Shown: positions 36,773-45,344 of the stretch, one piece after another
Layout of the letters: every line of letters begins with the position of its first letter
Position numbering within the stretch: position 1 is the stretch's first letter
NCBI GenBank assembly: GCA_019246795.1
Contig: JAFAPY010000210.1
Span: forward strand, 13,127 to 77,126
Origin: Streptosporangiaceae bacterium
GTDB lineage: Bacteria > Actinomycetota > Actinomycetes > Streptosporangiales > Streptosporangiaceae
Direction of reading: 5' to 3'
DNA length: 64,000 nucleotides
Position numbers and translations under genes: made by a program
The notes under the pieces: generated by a model
Databases searched by the model: none
What the model saw: the letters and a program-made list of their open reading frames with translations, nothing else
What the model was told of the DNA's origin: nothing

Positions 36773-36830
36773 ATCATTGGCGCAACGTATCCCATCGGGG
36801 GGCGTTGGTGGCGCAACCTAGCCCATCGCC
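36773..36830 (+). repeat. Two tandem 31-bp units of a small hairpin repeat (GGG..TTGGCGCAAC....CCC), locus D
   Basis: gggatcattggcgcaacgtatccc and gggcgttggtggcgcaacctagccc. Related units lie in inverted orientation at 49057-49115. Confidence 0.7.
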
Positions 36831-36858
36831 GGACCGGGTGTCGTCTGGGCAGACGGAC

Positions 36859-37443
36859 TCATGACGATGGGTGCGCGAGCATGAGGTAAGCCACGGCTGC
36901 CGCGGCAGCGCCGAGCACTGCGCCGGCTGCCGCCTGGGCGATGGTATGGTCGCCAAGCGTCACCCGGGACCAGGCGAGCAGCGCGACCAGCAGGTAGCAG
37001 GCCAGCACCGGCGGCCCGAAGCTGAACGCGAGGATCGCCACCGAGCCTGACGCGACAGCGCAGTGGATGGAGATCTTCCACACCGTGGTGACCGCGGCCA
37101 GCACCGCCACGCTGGCCAGCATGAACGCGAGGTATCCCGTCAGCAGGCGAGGCGCGCCGCCCGCGGCGAGCACGATCAGCCCGGCCGCTACCGACGCGGC
37201 AATGAACCCGAGCACGGCCACCCTGGGCCGCCGCTCGCCCACGTTCCGGTCGCTCCAGCGGCCGCGGCGCATGCCGTAGCCGATGAACACCGTCGGCAGC
37301 ACGGCGGTGAACAGCGCGGCGACCAGGCCCCAGCGCAGGCCGGCCAGGCCGCCGACATGCCAGCCGGTCATCACCACGGTGACGAACAGCCAGTTCTTCG
37401 GCTCCAGCAGGTAGGTGCACAACCCGGCGTGACGCGGGCCCAT
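36859..37443 (-). CDS. Integral membrane protein, PAP2-superfamily-like
   Basis: Six predicted TM helices. KISIHCAVASGS and WSRVTLGDHTIAQAAAG resemble PAP2 motifs C2/C3. Confidence 0.5.
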   Translation of the reverse strand: MGPRHAGLCTYLLEPKNWLFVTVVMTGWHVGGLAGLRWGLVAALFTAVLPTVFIGYGMRRGRWSDRNVGERRPRVAVLGFIAASVAAGLIVLAAGGAPRLLTGYLAFMLASVAVLAAVTTVWKISIHCAVASGSVAILAFSFGPPVLACYLLVALLAWSRVTLGDHTIAQAAAGAVLGAAAAAVAYLMLAHPSS

Positions 37444-37510
37444 GAGCGAAAGCTACCGCCGAGGCTGTCCGGTGGGCAGGCACCACCGTCCGTTCGGGAA
37501 AAAAGATCTC

Positions 37511-39145
37511 TTATCCCGAACGAGCCTGCAGCGTCTCCTCAGCGATCTGCCTGAGCCGGTAGCGCTGGGTTTTCCCGCTGATCGTCTTGGGCAGCTCCGG
37601 CACGAACTCGACCACCCGCGGGTACTTGTAGGGGGCGATGCTGCGTTTGGTGAAGGTCTGCAGCTCGACGGCCTTCTCCGGCCCGGCCGCGGCCGCATCG
37701 CGCAGCACCACGAACGCGCCGACGACCGTGCCGCGCTCGGGATCCGGCACGCCGACAACCGCGCACTCGACCACGTCCGGGTGGCCGAGCAGCGCCTCCT
37801 CCACCTCAGGGCCCGCGATGTTGTAGCCGGAGGAGATGATCATGTCATCGCTGCGTGCCTGGAACCAGTAGTAGCCGTCAGCGTCGCGGACGTAGGTGTC
37901 CCCGGTGATGTTCCAGCCGTGCTGCACGTAGCTGGCCTGGCGGTCGCCGGACAGGTACCGGCATCCGGTGGGGCCCTGCACGGCGAGCCGCCCCGGCTGG
38001 CCGTCGGGGACCGGGCTGCCGCCGGGATCCAGGACCGCAGCGCGGTAGCCCGGAACCGGCCTGCCGGTGGCGCCGGGCCGGATGTCGTCGTCGGCTGCGG
38101 CGATGAAGATGTGCAGCATCTCCGTTGAGCCGATGCCGTCGATGATCGCGATGCCGGTGGCGTCGCGGAAGTCCTGCCACACCGACCTGGGCAGGTGCTC
38201 GCCTGCCGAGACGCACCGCCTCAGGTTCCTCAGTGCGGACGCCGGGCCGGCGGCGAGCATGGCCCGGTAGGCGGTGGGCGCCGTGGACAGCACCGTGACG
38301 CCGTGCGCCGCGATCGCGTCGGCCAGCTCCCCGGGCGTCGCGCGCTCGATGAGCACCGTCGACGCGCCCGCCCGCAGCGGGAACAGCAGCACGCCGCCCA
38401 GCCCGTAGGTGAAGCCGAGCGGGGGAGTGCCGGTGAACACGTCGTCGCTGCGCGGCCGCAGCAGGCGGCCGGAGAAGGTGTCGGCGACGGCCAGCACGTC
38501 CCGGTGGAAGTGCATGGTGACTTTCGGCTGCCCGGTGGTGCCCGAGGTGGGCGCCAGCATCGCCACGTCGTCGGCGGCGGTATCGACCGCGGTGAACACG
38601 CCGTCGGCGGCGGCGCACCGGGCCGTCGCGTCGTCCGGCTCGCCGCTGCCGTACCGCAGCATGGCCAGTCCCGGCGCGCCGGCGGCCAGGTCGGCGGCGA
38701 AACGGTGGTCGCAGATCGCCAGGCTCGGCTCTGTCAGCGCGGCGATCGCGGCGATCTCCCTGGGCCGCAGCAGCGCCATCGTGGTGACCGCCACCCCGCC
38801 TGCCTTGAGCACCGCGAGCCAGGCCGCGGCAAGCCAGGGATTGTTCGGGCCGCGCAGCAGCACCCGGTTGCCGGGCACCAAGCCGAAGTCGCCGGTCAGC
38901 ACCTGCGCCAGCTTGTTCGTGATGGCCACGACGTCGCCGTAACTCCAGGCCTGCTCCGGTGAACGCAGGCAGGGGCGGTCGTGGCCCAGGCGGTCCGCGG
39001 TCGCGTCCAGCAACTCCGTCGCGCAGTTGAGCCGCTCCGGGTAGGCCAGCTCCGGCAGGTCGAACCGGAATCCGGGCCACTGCTCCGGCGCGGGCAGCCG
39101 GTCCCGGCAGAAGGTGTCGAGATGCGCTGAAGGGGAGAGCCGCAT
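37511..39145 (-). CDS. Aryl-CoA ligase (AMP-binding; 2-aminobenzoate/benzoate-CoA ligase-like)
   Basis: N-terminus SAHLDTFCRDRLPAPEQWPGFRFDLPELAYPERLNCATELLD. AMP motif TSGTTGQPK, and GDTYVRDADGYYWFQARSDDMI. Confidence 0.85.
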   Translation of the reverse strand: MRLSPSAHLDTFCRDRLPAPEQWPGFRFDLPELAYPERLNCATELLDATADRLGHDRPCLRSPEQAWSYGDVVAITNKLAQVLTGDFGLVPGNRVLLRGPNNPWLAAAWLAVLKAGGVAVTTMALLRPREIAAIAALTEPSLAICDHRFAADLAAGAPGLAMLRYGSGEPDDATARCAAADGVFTAVDTAADDVAMLAPTSGTTGQPKVTMHFHRDVLAVADTFSGRLLRPRSDDVFTGTPPLGFTYGLGGVLLFPLRAGASTVLIERATPGELADAIAAHGVTVLSTAPTAYRAMLAAGPASALRNLRRCVSAGEHLPRSVWQDFRDATGIAIIDGIGSTEMLHIFIAAADDDIRPGATGRPVPGYRAAVLDPGGSPVPDGQPGRLAVQGPTGCRYLSGDRQASYVQHGWNITGDTYVRDADGYYWFQARSDDMIISSGYNIAGPEVEEALLGHPDVVECAVVGVPDPERGTVVGAFVVLRDAAAAGPEKAVELQTFTKRSIAPYKYPRVVEFVPELPKTISGKTQRYRLRQIAEETLQARSG

Positions 39146-39185
39146 CTGGCCGCACCTCCGTCTGTCGGCGTAGGGTAACCACCAC

Positions 39186-40049
39186 ATGAGCCCGTTCCGA
39201 GCCTCGGCACCGCTGACCGATCAGTGGCGGCACTTCCGGTTCTCCGTCGCCGACGGCGTCGGCACGGTGGTCCTGGACCGGCCGGACAAGCTGAACGCGC
39301 TCACCTTCGAAGCGTACGCCGACCTGCGTGATTTGCTCACCGAGCTGCCGCACCATGATCAGGTGCGGGCGCTGGTGCTGCGCGGCAGCGGCCGCGCGTT
39401 CAGTTCCGGCGGGGACGTCAACGAGATCATCGGCGCCACGCTGGCCATGGCGCCGGATGAGCTGCTCGCCTTCACCAGGATGACCGGCGAGGTGACCCGG
39501 GCGATGCGGGAGGTCCCGGTGCCGGTGATCGCGGCCGTGCACGGCATCGCGGCGGGCGCCGGCGCAGTGCTCGCGCTCGCGGCCGACTTGCGGGTATGCA
39601 CCCCCGCGGCACGGTTCGCGTTCCTGTTCACCAAGGTGGGGCTGTCCGGCGGTGATATGGGGGCGGCCTACCTGCTGCCCCGGCTGGTCGGGCTGGGCCA
39701 TGCCACCCGGCTGCTGATGCTCGGGGACACAATCGGCGCAGCCGAAGCCGAACGGATCGGGCTGATCTCCTTCCTGGTCGAGGCGGAAACCTTCGACGAG
39801 GCCGTGGACGGGCTCGCCCGGCGGCTGGCGTCCGGGCCTGCCCAGGCATACGCGCAGACCAAGGCGCTGCTGACCAAGGAGCAAGACATGGGTCTTGCCG
39901 CCGCGGTCGAGCTTGACGCGATGACCCAGGCGCTGCTGATGAAAGGGCAGGACTACGCGGAGTTCCACGCGGCGTTCGCCGCCGGGCGAGAACCCGTCTG
40001 GAAAGGGCGCTTACTGCTTTCCGCTACCGCAGGTCAGCAGCCGTCGTAG
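39186..40049 (+). CDS. Enoyl-CoA hydratase/isomerase family protein
   Basis: VVLDRPDKLNALT...LRGSGRAFSSGGDV...AAVHGIAAGAGAVLALAAD. Confidence 0.85.
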   Translation: MSPFRASAPLTDQWRHFRFSVADGVGTVVLDRPDKLNALTFEAYADLRDLLTELPHHDQVRALVLRGSGRAFSSGGDVNEIIGATLAMAPDELLAFTRMTGEVTRAMREVPVPVIAAVHGIAAGAGAVLALAADLRVCTPAARFAFLFTKVGLSGGDMGAAYLLPRLVGLGHATRLLMLGDTIGAAEAERIGLISFLVEAETFDEAVDGLARRLASGPAQAYAQTKALLTKEQDMGLAAAVELDAMTQALLMKGQDYAEFHAAFAAGREPVWKGRLLLSATAGQQPS

Positions 40050-40840
40050 GCCGACCAGTTGGACTCGCCGCCCTCCGCCAGGGCGTTGGCGAACACCTGG
40101 TTCTGCTCAGCGACGCTGGCGTTCCCGAAGTCAGCCGGGTTTCCGCCGTACGCGGCCCAGGTGGACGCGCTGAACTGGTACAGGCCGTAGTGGCCCGTGG
40201 CGTTCATGACCTGAGCGTTCCCGCCGGACTCGGCGGCGACCACGCAGGCCCCGAACGCCCCGCCGGGGTAGGCGCCGGAGTAGCTGGCCACGCTCGCTGC
40301 CGGGGCGGCCTGGACCGGGGCGGCCTGGACCGGGGCGTACTGCGCCGGCTGCTCCGCCTGCACGGCCGGCTGGACCACGTCGGCCGTGGCCGTCGGCGCG
40401 CTCGGGGCCACCATCGACGGCCCGAGCTGCGCCGGCGGCGCAGGGATGCGGGCCGGCAGCGCCGGGACCTGCAGCACCTGCCCGGCGACGATGACGTCAG
40501 CCCAGCGGATCTGGTGGCGGTTGGCCCAGTACAGCACCGGCCATGCGTCCGGATTACGGTACACCCGGCCGGCGATCGCGGACAGCGAGTCACCAGGCCG
40601 TACGGTGTAGGTTGCCGGGGCCTGCTGCTGCAGCGCTACCGTCCTGGTCGCTGCAAACAGCCGCGCGGCCTGCGGCTGGGGTGCGGCCTCCGCGGCCGCG
40701 GCGGGAGGCACGGCCGCATCCGCGGCGTGCAGTTCCGCGGCGTGCGCGTGCGGAGACATGCAAAGTGCCGCGGCCACGCCGGCGAGGGCGGGAACAGCGG
40801 CACCCGAGACGATGCGTGATGGCTTACTGTGGCGGCCCAA
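40034..40840 (-). CDS. Secreted LysM-domain transglycosylase-like cell-wall protein
   Basis: Signal peptide (GRHSKPSRIVSGAAVPALAGVAAALCMSPHAHA), LysM (YTVRPGDSLSAIAGRVY...VAGQVLQVP). C-terminal ESGGN...GHYGLYQFSASTW motif. TTG 40840 preceded by GGAAGGAG; GTG 40870 is the alternative start. Confidence 0.75.
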   Translation of the reverse strand: MGRHSKPSRIVSGAAVPALAGVAAALCMSPHAHAAELHAADAAVPPAAAAEAAPQPQAARLFAATRTVALQQQAPATYTVRPGDSLSAIAGRVYRNPDAWPVLYWANRHQIRWADVIVAGQVLQVPALPARIPAPPAQLGPSMVAPSAPTATADVVQPAVQAEQPAQYAPVQAAPVQAAPAASVASYSGAYPGGAFGACVVAAESGGNAQVMNATGHYGLYQFSASTWAAYGGNPADFGNASVAEQNQVFANALAEGGESNWSAYDGC

Positions 40841-40862
40841 TGGGCTCCTTCCCGAGCAGTTC

Positions 40863-40952
40863 GCGCTCACCGGAAGGCTTACGGCGGTGCCGGAGTGCTG
40901 GACCCAGCGGGCCCAATCCTCCCTGTGGCACCATCTGCTCCCTTCAGAGCGC
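40863..40952 (-). promoter_or_regulatory. About 90-nt nested-stem RNA structure in the 5' leader of the LysM/transglycosylase gene
   Basis: Minus strand: GCGCUC-U-GAAGG-..-GGUGCC-..-GGAG-..-UGG-G-CCC-GCU-GGG-U-CCA-..-CUCC-GGCACC-..-CCUUC-..-GAGCGC. The 3' arm ends about 15 nt before the RBS. Confidence 0.45.
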
Positions 40953-40967
40953 CTGACTCAGGAGAGA

Positions 40968-42095
40968 CTAATCGGTATGTTCTGGGCACATAGGGCAAAT
41001 TGCCGAAATTGCGTCAAATCCGCCCGGAGATGCTAAACTGCGCTTCCCCGTAGCTTGGTCACCGGCATACGCCCTGATCACAGAGTCGAGGTCCGGGTCA
41101 GGAACGAGCCCGAGCCGGGCCGCCCGGTCGGCGCGGACGCGGGCCGGCCAGCTGGCCACGATCTGCTGCACCGCCGGGTCGGGCACCCAGTCGATCAACG
41201 CGCTGACCTCGGCTCCGGCCACGCGCTGCAGCGCGGCGGCCATGTCAGCGACGGTCACCGTGAGCGCGGGCATGGTCAGCGCGCTGCGGCCGCCCCAGGC
41301 CTGATCCGACGCCGTCGCGGCGCACAGCAGCGCGGCAACGGCCTTGCCGGGTGACGCGAGCGCGACCATGGTGCCCGGCTGCACCGGGCAGGTCACCCGC
41401 CGGCCTGCCAGCGGCTCCCGGATGATGCTGGACGCGAAACCCGACGCGGCGGCGTTGGGCCGTCCCGGCCGCACCGCCACGGTCGCCAGGCGCACCGCCC
41501 GCCCGCGCAGGAACCCCTTCCTGGTGTAATCGGCGAGCAGCAGCTCGCCGACGGCCTTCTGCGTGCCGTAGCTGGTCTGCGGGTTCGGCAGCGTGTCGTC
41601 GTCGATGACCGCAGGCAGCGGGTGGTCGGCCGAATCCCCGAACACGGCCAGCGAGCTGGCGTACACGAACACCGGCCTGTCGCTCAGTGCTGGCTGGAGC
41701 GCGCGCGTCGGGCGAGCCGCCGCGCGGCCGCTCAGTGCGTTGGCCGACGCAAGCAGCGATTCGGTCCCGCCGAGGTTCACCCGCATGCCCAGCATGAAGT
41801 CGGCCTCACATTCCGCGCTGACCGCGGCGGCAAGGTGGAAGAGCACGTCGGCTCCGCGCAGCGCCTCCCGGGCCGCGCCGCGGGGCATCAGCAGCTCCAG
41901 CAGGTCGCCCTGGACGGCGGTCACCCGCCCGTCGGCCGCCAGGTCCGGCGGCACCGGGACCTGGTCGATGAGCGTCACCCGTTCCAGCTGCCGCGGCGCT
42001 TCCCCCGCCAGCGCCAGCTCACCCGCGGCGAGCAGCTCCCTGGCCAGCCGCGAGCCGAGGAAGCCCGCCCCCCCGGTCATCACCACGTTGACCAC
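40968..42095 (-). CDS. NAD-dependent epimerase/dehydratase family protein (DenD-like)
   Basis: VVMTGGAGFLGSRLARELL Rossmann motif, YGTQK active site. The last ~25 codons run into the neighbouring leader/promoter region. Confidence 0.75.
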   Translation of the reverse strand: MVNVVMTGGAGFLGSRLARELLAAGELALAGEAPRQLERVTLIDQVPVPPDLAADGRVTAVQGDLLELLMPRGAAREALRGADVLFHLAAAVSAECEADFMLGMRVNLGGTESLLASANALSGRAAARPTRALQPALSDRPVFVYASSLAVFGDSADHPLPAVIDDDTLPNPQTSYGTQKAVGELLLADYTRKGFLRGRAVRLATVAVRPGRPNAAASGFASSIIREPLAGRRVTCPVQPGTMVALASPGKAVAALLCAATASDQAWGGRSALTMPALTVTVADMAAALQRVAGAEVSALIDWVPDPAVQQIVASWPARVRADRAARLGLVPDPDLDSVIRAYAGDQATGKRSLASPGGFDAISAICPMCPEHTD

Positions 42096-42288
42096 GCCGC
42101 CTCCATGCCGAGTCGCTCGTCCCGGCTGACCAGGCTAGCCGCCTGATCGCCGTTTCCATCGCCTTGCTCCGGGCCGCACCGGCATCCTGGCCGCTTTCAT
42201 GTTCGCCAGCGGTACATGAACCATCATGCATGCGCGGTACCCTGGCTCGGTCCGGTAGTTCCCCGAGCGCCGGCATTTTGGGGGCGGC

Positions 42289-43230
42289 ATGCGCGCCGAT
42301 GAGGTCCGCCGGGTCCTGGTGATCGGCGGCGGCACGATGGGCCTGCAGATCGGGCTGCAGGCAGCGACCCACGGCCTGGACGTGGTGCTGCACGATGCTG
42401 ATCCAGCTGCGCTGGAGGGGGCGGAGCGGCGCCTTCGTGGCTACGGTGAGGCGCCCGTAGCGGCGGGAACCATCAGCGCCGACGCGCTGGAGCATGCCCT
42501 GGCCAGGATCGAGCGCATCGCCGATCCGGCGGCAGCTGCGGCCGACGTCGACCTTGTCAGCGAGTCGGTGCCCGAGGACCCGGTGCTCAAGGGGCGTGTG
42601 CTCGGGCAGTTTCATGAGCTGTGCCCGGAGCGGGCGGTATTCACCACGAACACCTCGACGCTGGTTCCGTCGATGTTCGCTGAGGCCACCGGCCGGCCCG
42701 ACCGGTTCGCGGCGCTGCACTTCCACACCCCGGTGTGGCTGTGCAACGTGGTGGACGTTATGCCGCACCCTGGCACGTCAGCGGAGACGACTGAGTGCTT
42801 GATGGGCTTTGCCCGGCGGATCGGGCAGATCCCGATCCGGCTGCGCCGGGAGAGCTTCGGTTACGTCTTCAACGCGCTGTACAACGCGATGAACCGGGAG
42901 GCGCTCACACTCGCCGCGAACGGGATGGCATCTGTGCAGGACGTTGACCGCGCCTGGATGGGCATCATGAAGATGCCGATCGGCCCGTTCGGGATGCTCG
43001 ACGGCGTCGGGCTGGACACCGTCTGGCACATCACCGATTACTGGGCCCGGCAGACGGGTGACCCGCAGCTGCGCGCCAACGCCGAGTTCGTCCGGACCTA
43101 CGTTGACCGCGGCCGCCTGGGCGTCAAGACCGGCCAGGGCTTCTACCGTTACCCCGATCCCGCCTACCAGGCGCCCGGCTTCGTGGAATCTGGCCCTGGC
43201 AGCGCCGAAGACGCCGGCCAGCGACCCTGA
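42289..43230 (+). CDS. 3-hydroxyacyl-CoA dehydrogenase (NAD-binding) family protein
   Basis: VLVIGGGTMGLQIGLQAA Rossmann motif, TNTSTL, and FVFNALYNAM-type C-terminal domain. Confidence 0.85.
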   Translation: MRADEVRRVLVIGGGTMGLQIGLQAATHGLDVVLHDADPAALEGAERRLRGYGEAPVAAGTISADALEHALARIERIADPAAAAADVDLVSESVPEDPVLKGRVLGQFHELCPERAVFTTNTSTLVPSMFAEATGRPDRFAALHFHTPVWLCNVVDVMPHPGTSAETTECLMGFARRIGQIPIRLRRESFGYVFNALYNAMNREALTLAANGMASVQDVDRAWMGIMKMPIGPFGMLDGVGLDTVWHITDYWARQTGDPQLRANAEFVRTYVDRGRLGVKTGQGFYRYPDPAYQAPGFVESGPGSAEDAGQRP

Positions 43231-43336
43231 AGCCTGGCCTGCGACTGTGCGGCAGAAGCGGTCAAGGCGCGCAGTTGCGCGGCACTCCGGCTCCCCGAGC
43301 CGTTACGGTCCCGTGCGCGGTACCGAGGGGGCCGGC

Positions 43337-43825
43337 TCAGCCGGGCTCTATGCACCGCCCGCTGATCCGCGTGAGCGCGATGCGCACGTACACGTCGCGG
43401 GCGCCGCCTGCCCACGGCTCCAGGTGGATGCTGTCTTCAAGGCGCTTCACTTCACGCTCATCTGTGATCGTGTGTGCATGACCGTGTACCAGGACGCTCC
43501 AGCCTTCACGGAGCGCCTCGTCGAGGTGGTCGACTTCGAAGCTGACCTGAGCGTCGGCGTACAGTGCCAGCAGCGTGTCCGGTGCGGTGCGGAAGACGAT
43601 GCCCTTTCCCGTCACCGCAAAATTGACCGGCAGCATCATAATCCCGTCTGCGGATGCGAACCCGACGCGGCCGACGCCGCCCAATTCCAGCAGGCCAAAG
43701 CACTCAGCTGCGCTAAGCGCCCGCAGGGCACGCCCATGGGCAGCGAGCCTGGGGGGCTTGGACTCCCGGTCGGGCATGGCGGTTAGCGCGTCCCGGCCAT
43801 TGGCCGGTCCCTTCCCGGCGGTCAT
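43337..43825 (-). CDS. Pyridoxamine 5'-phosphate oxidase-family (split-barrel flavin/F420) protein
   Basis: ECFGLLELGGVGRVGF...PVNFAV.GKGIVFRTA...SFEVDHLDEALREGWSVLVHG. GGAGGTG RBS 7 nt before the ATG. Confidence 0.8.
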   Translation of the reverse strand: MTAGKGPANGRDALTAMPDRESKPPRLAAHGRALRALSAAECFGLLELGGVGRVGFASADGIMMLPVNFAVTGKGIVFRTAPDTLLALYADAQVSFEVDHLDEALREGWSVLVHGHAHTITDEREVKRLEDSIHLEPWAGGARDVYVRIALTRISGRCIEPG

Positions 43826-44090
43826 CTGCAGTCACCTCCGCCATTTGCGGGCTGTCTCGTTTCTCCAGCCTTGCCGTGTGGGCGAGCGGACGCTGCGGCC
43901 CGACGTCCCGGTTGGGCGGGCCGTTCGGCCCTAGGCGGCATCTGCGGCACCATGGCCAGGGCCCCGGCAGATCGCAGCGCAGTCCTCCAGGCTGCGCGCC
44001 CGCCTCGACTCTCCCGCCGCCGGCTACTACGCGGCACCCGAGCACAGCGGCCCTGGATCGTTGACTCGCAACGGCACAAGACCAACGATC

Positions 44091-45104
44091 ATGGCTATGG
44101 AGTCGTTCGCAGGCAAGCTCGCGGTGGTGACCGGCGGCGGCTCGGGCATGGGCCGCGAGCTTACCCGTCAGCTGGCGGCGGAGGGCTGCTCGGTGGCGGC
44201 CTGTGACCTGAACCCGGACACGATGGCGGAGACCGTGGCGATGGCCCGGGCGGAGGCGCCGCACGGCGTCCGGGTCACCGGCCATGCCTGTGACGTAGCG
44301 GACGAGGCGCAGGTGCTACGGTTCCGCGACGAGCTGCTCGCCGCGCACGCCAGCGACCACGTCGGCTTGGTCTTCGCCAACGCCGGGGCCGGCGGCGGGG
44401 AGAGCTTCGCGGCGAGTCGGCGCGAGGTGTGGGAACGCATCTTCGCCATTGACTGGTGCGGCGTCTACTACTGCGCCCGCGTATTCTTGCCGCTGCTGAT
44501 CGCAGGCGGCGGCGGGGTGCTGGTCAACACCAGCAGCGTGAACGGGCTCTGGGCGTCGCTGGGTCCGGGCAGGCCGCAGACCGCCTACAGCGCGGCCAAG
44601 TTCGCCGTGCGGGGATTCACCGAGGCGCTGATCGAGGACCTGCGGACGAACGCGCCGGAGGTCCGGGCCGTATTGGTGCTGCCCGGGCACGTGGGCACCA
44701 ACATCGTCTCGAACAGCCTCATCGCCTGGGGCCTGCCCGCGCCAGAGCAGATGAGCGATGCCCAGGTGCAGCAGGTGGTCCCGCCGCAGGTGCGGGACGC
44801 GCTGATCCGGGCCGGCGCGCTGCCGGAGGGGGCGGTCCCCGACGACCTGCGCCAGTTCCTGGTGCGGGCGAACGCGGACTTCCGGGACAAGGCCCCGGTC
44901 AGCGCGGCCCAGGCGGCGACCATCATCCTGGACGGGGTGCGGGCGGGGGCCTGGCGGATCCTGATCGGTGAGGACGCCAAGATGATCGACGCGGCGGTGC
45001 GAGCCAAGCCCGAGGCGGCATACGACTATGCCGAGCTGTTCGCCGGGCTAACCGGGAGCAGCGGCGACCAGACCAGCCAGGCGCAGGCCGCTGATCCCAT
45101 CTGA
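44091..45104 (+). CDS. SDR-family oxidoreductase
   Basis: KLAVVTGGGSGMGRE, YSAAK. ATG 44091 preferred to the listed TTG 44061. Confidence 0.8.
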   Translation: MAMESFAGKLAVVTGGGSGMGRELTRQLAAEGCSVAACDLNPDTMAETVAMARAEAPHGVRVTGHACDVADEAQVLRFRDELLAAHASDHVGLVFANAGAGGGESFAASRREVWERIFAIDWCGVYYCARVFLPLLIAGGGGVLVNTSSVNGLWASLGPGRPQTAYSAAKFAVRGFTEALIEDLRTNAPEVRAVLVLPGHVGTNIVSNSLIAWGLPAPEQMSDAQVQQVVPPQVRDALIRAGALPEGAVPDDLRQFLVRANADFRDKAPVSAAQAATIILDGVRAGAWRILIGEDAKMIDAAVRAKPEAAYDYAELFAGLTGSSGDQTSQAQAADPI

Positions 45105-45344
45105 GACGTTTCCAGCCAAGACCTCCACACCGCCGCCAGCGCCCTCGGCGAGCTTGCCCGGCCCCGCAGCTCCAGGACATCCGAGGTTGTCCCCATGTCT
45201 CCGCACTAATCGAATGTGCCAGCGTATCGCCGCGAGAATGTCAGCGGTGCCTGCTAACCTGGATTAGAAAACAGCAGCGAAGAAGACCGGAAGGAGTCCT
45301 GATTAAGGCGCATACAGATCCGGAAAGGAGGTGAGATAGGCGGC

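Noticed and set aside
36742-36816. 24-codon ORF (MMATVAGRGSLAQRIPSGGVGGAT) with a GAGG RBS covering repeat locus D
   Set aside because: The repeat period is 31 bp, so the two units are read in different frames. The homologous locus E does not conserve the peptide, so it is more likely a non-coding repeat.
37878-39968. 696-aa minus-strand ORF spanning the aryl-CoA ligase and enoyl-CoA hydratase region
   Set aside because: It is out of frame with the AMP-binding gene and antisense to the hydratase. Low-complexity Arg/Gly/Pro composition.
40863-41060. ydaO (cyclic-di-AMP) riboswitch upstream of the LysM/transglycosylase gene
   Set aside because: Only isolated fragments resemble the consensus, and their order and spacing do not fit the pseudo-two-fold ydaO architecture. 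Kept only as an unclassified structured leader pending a covariance-model search.
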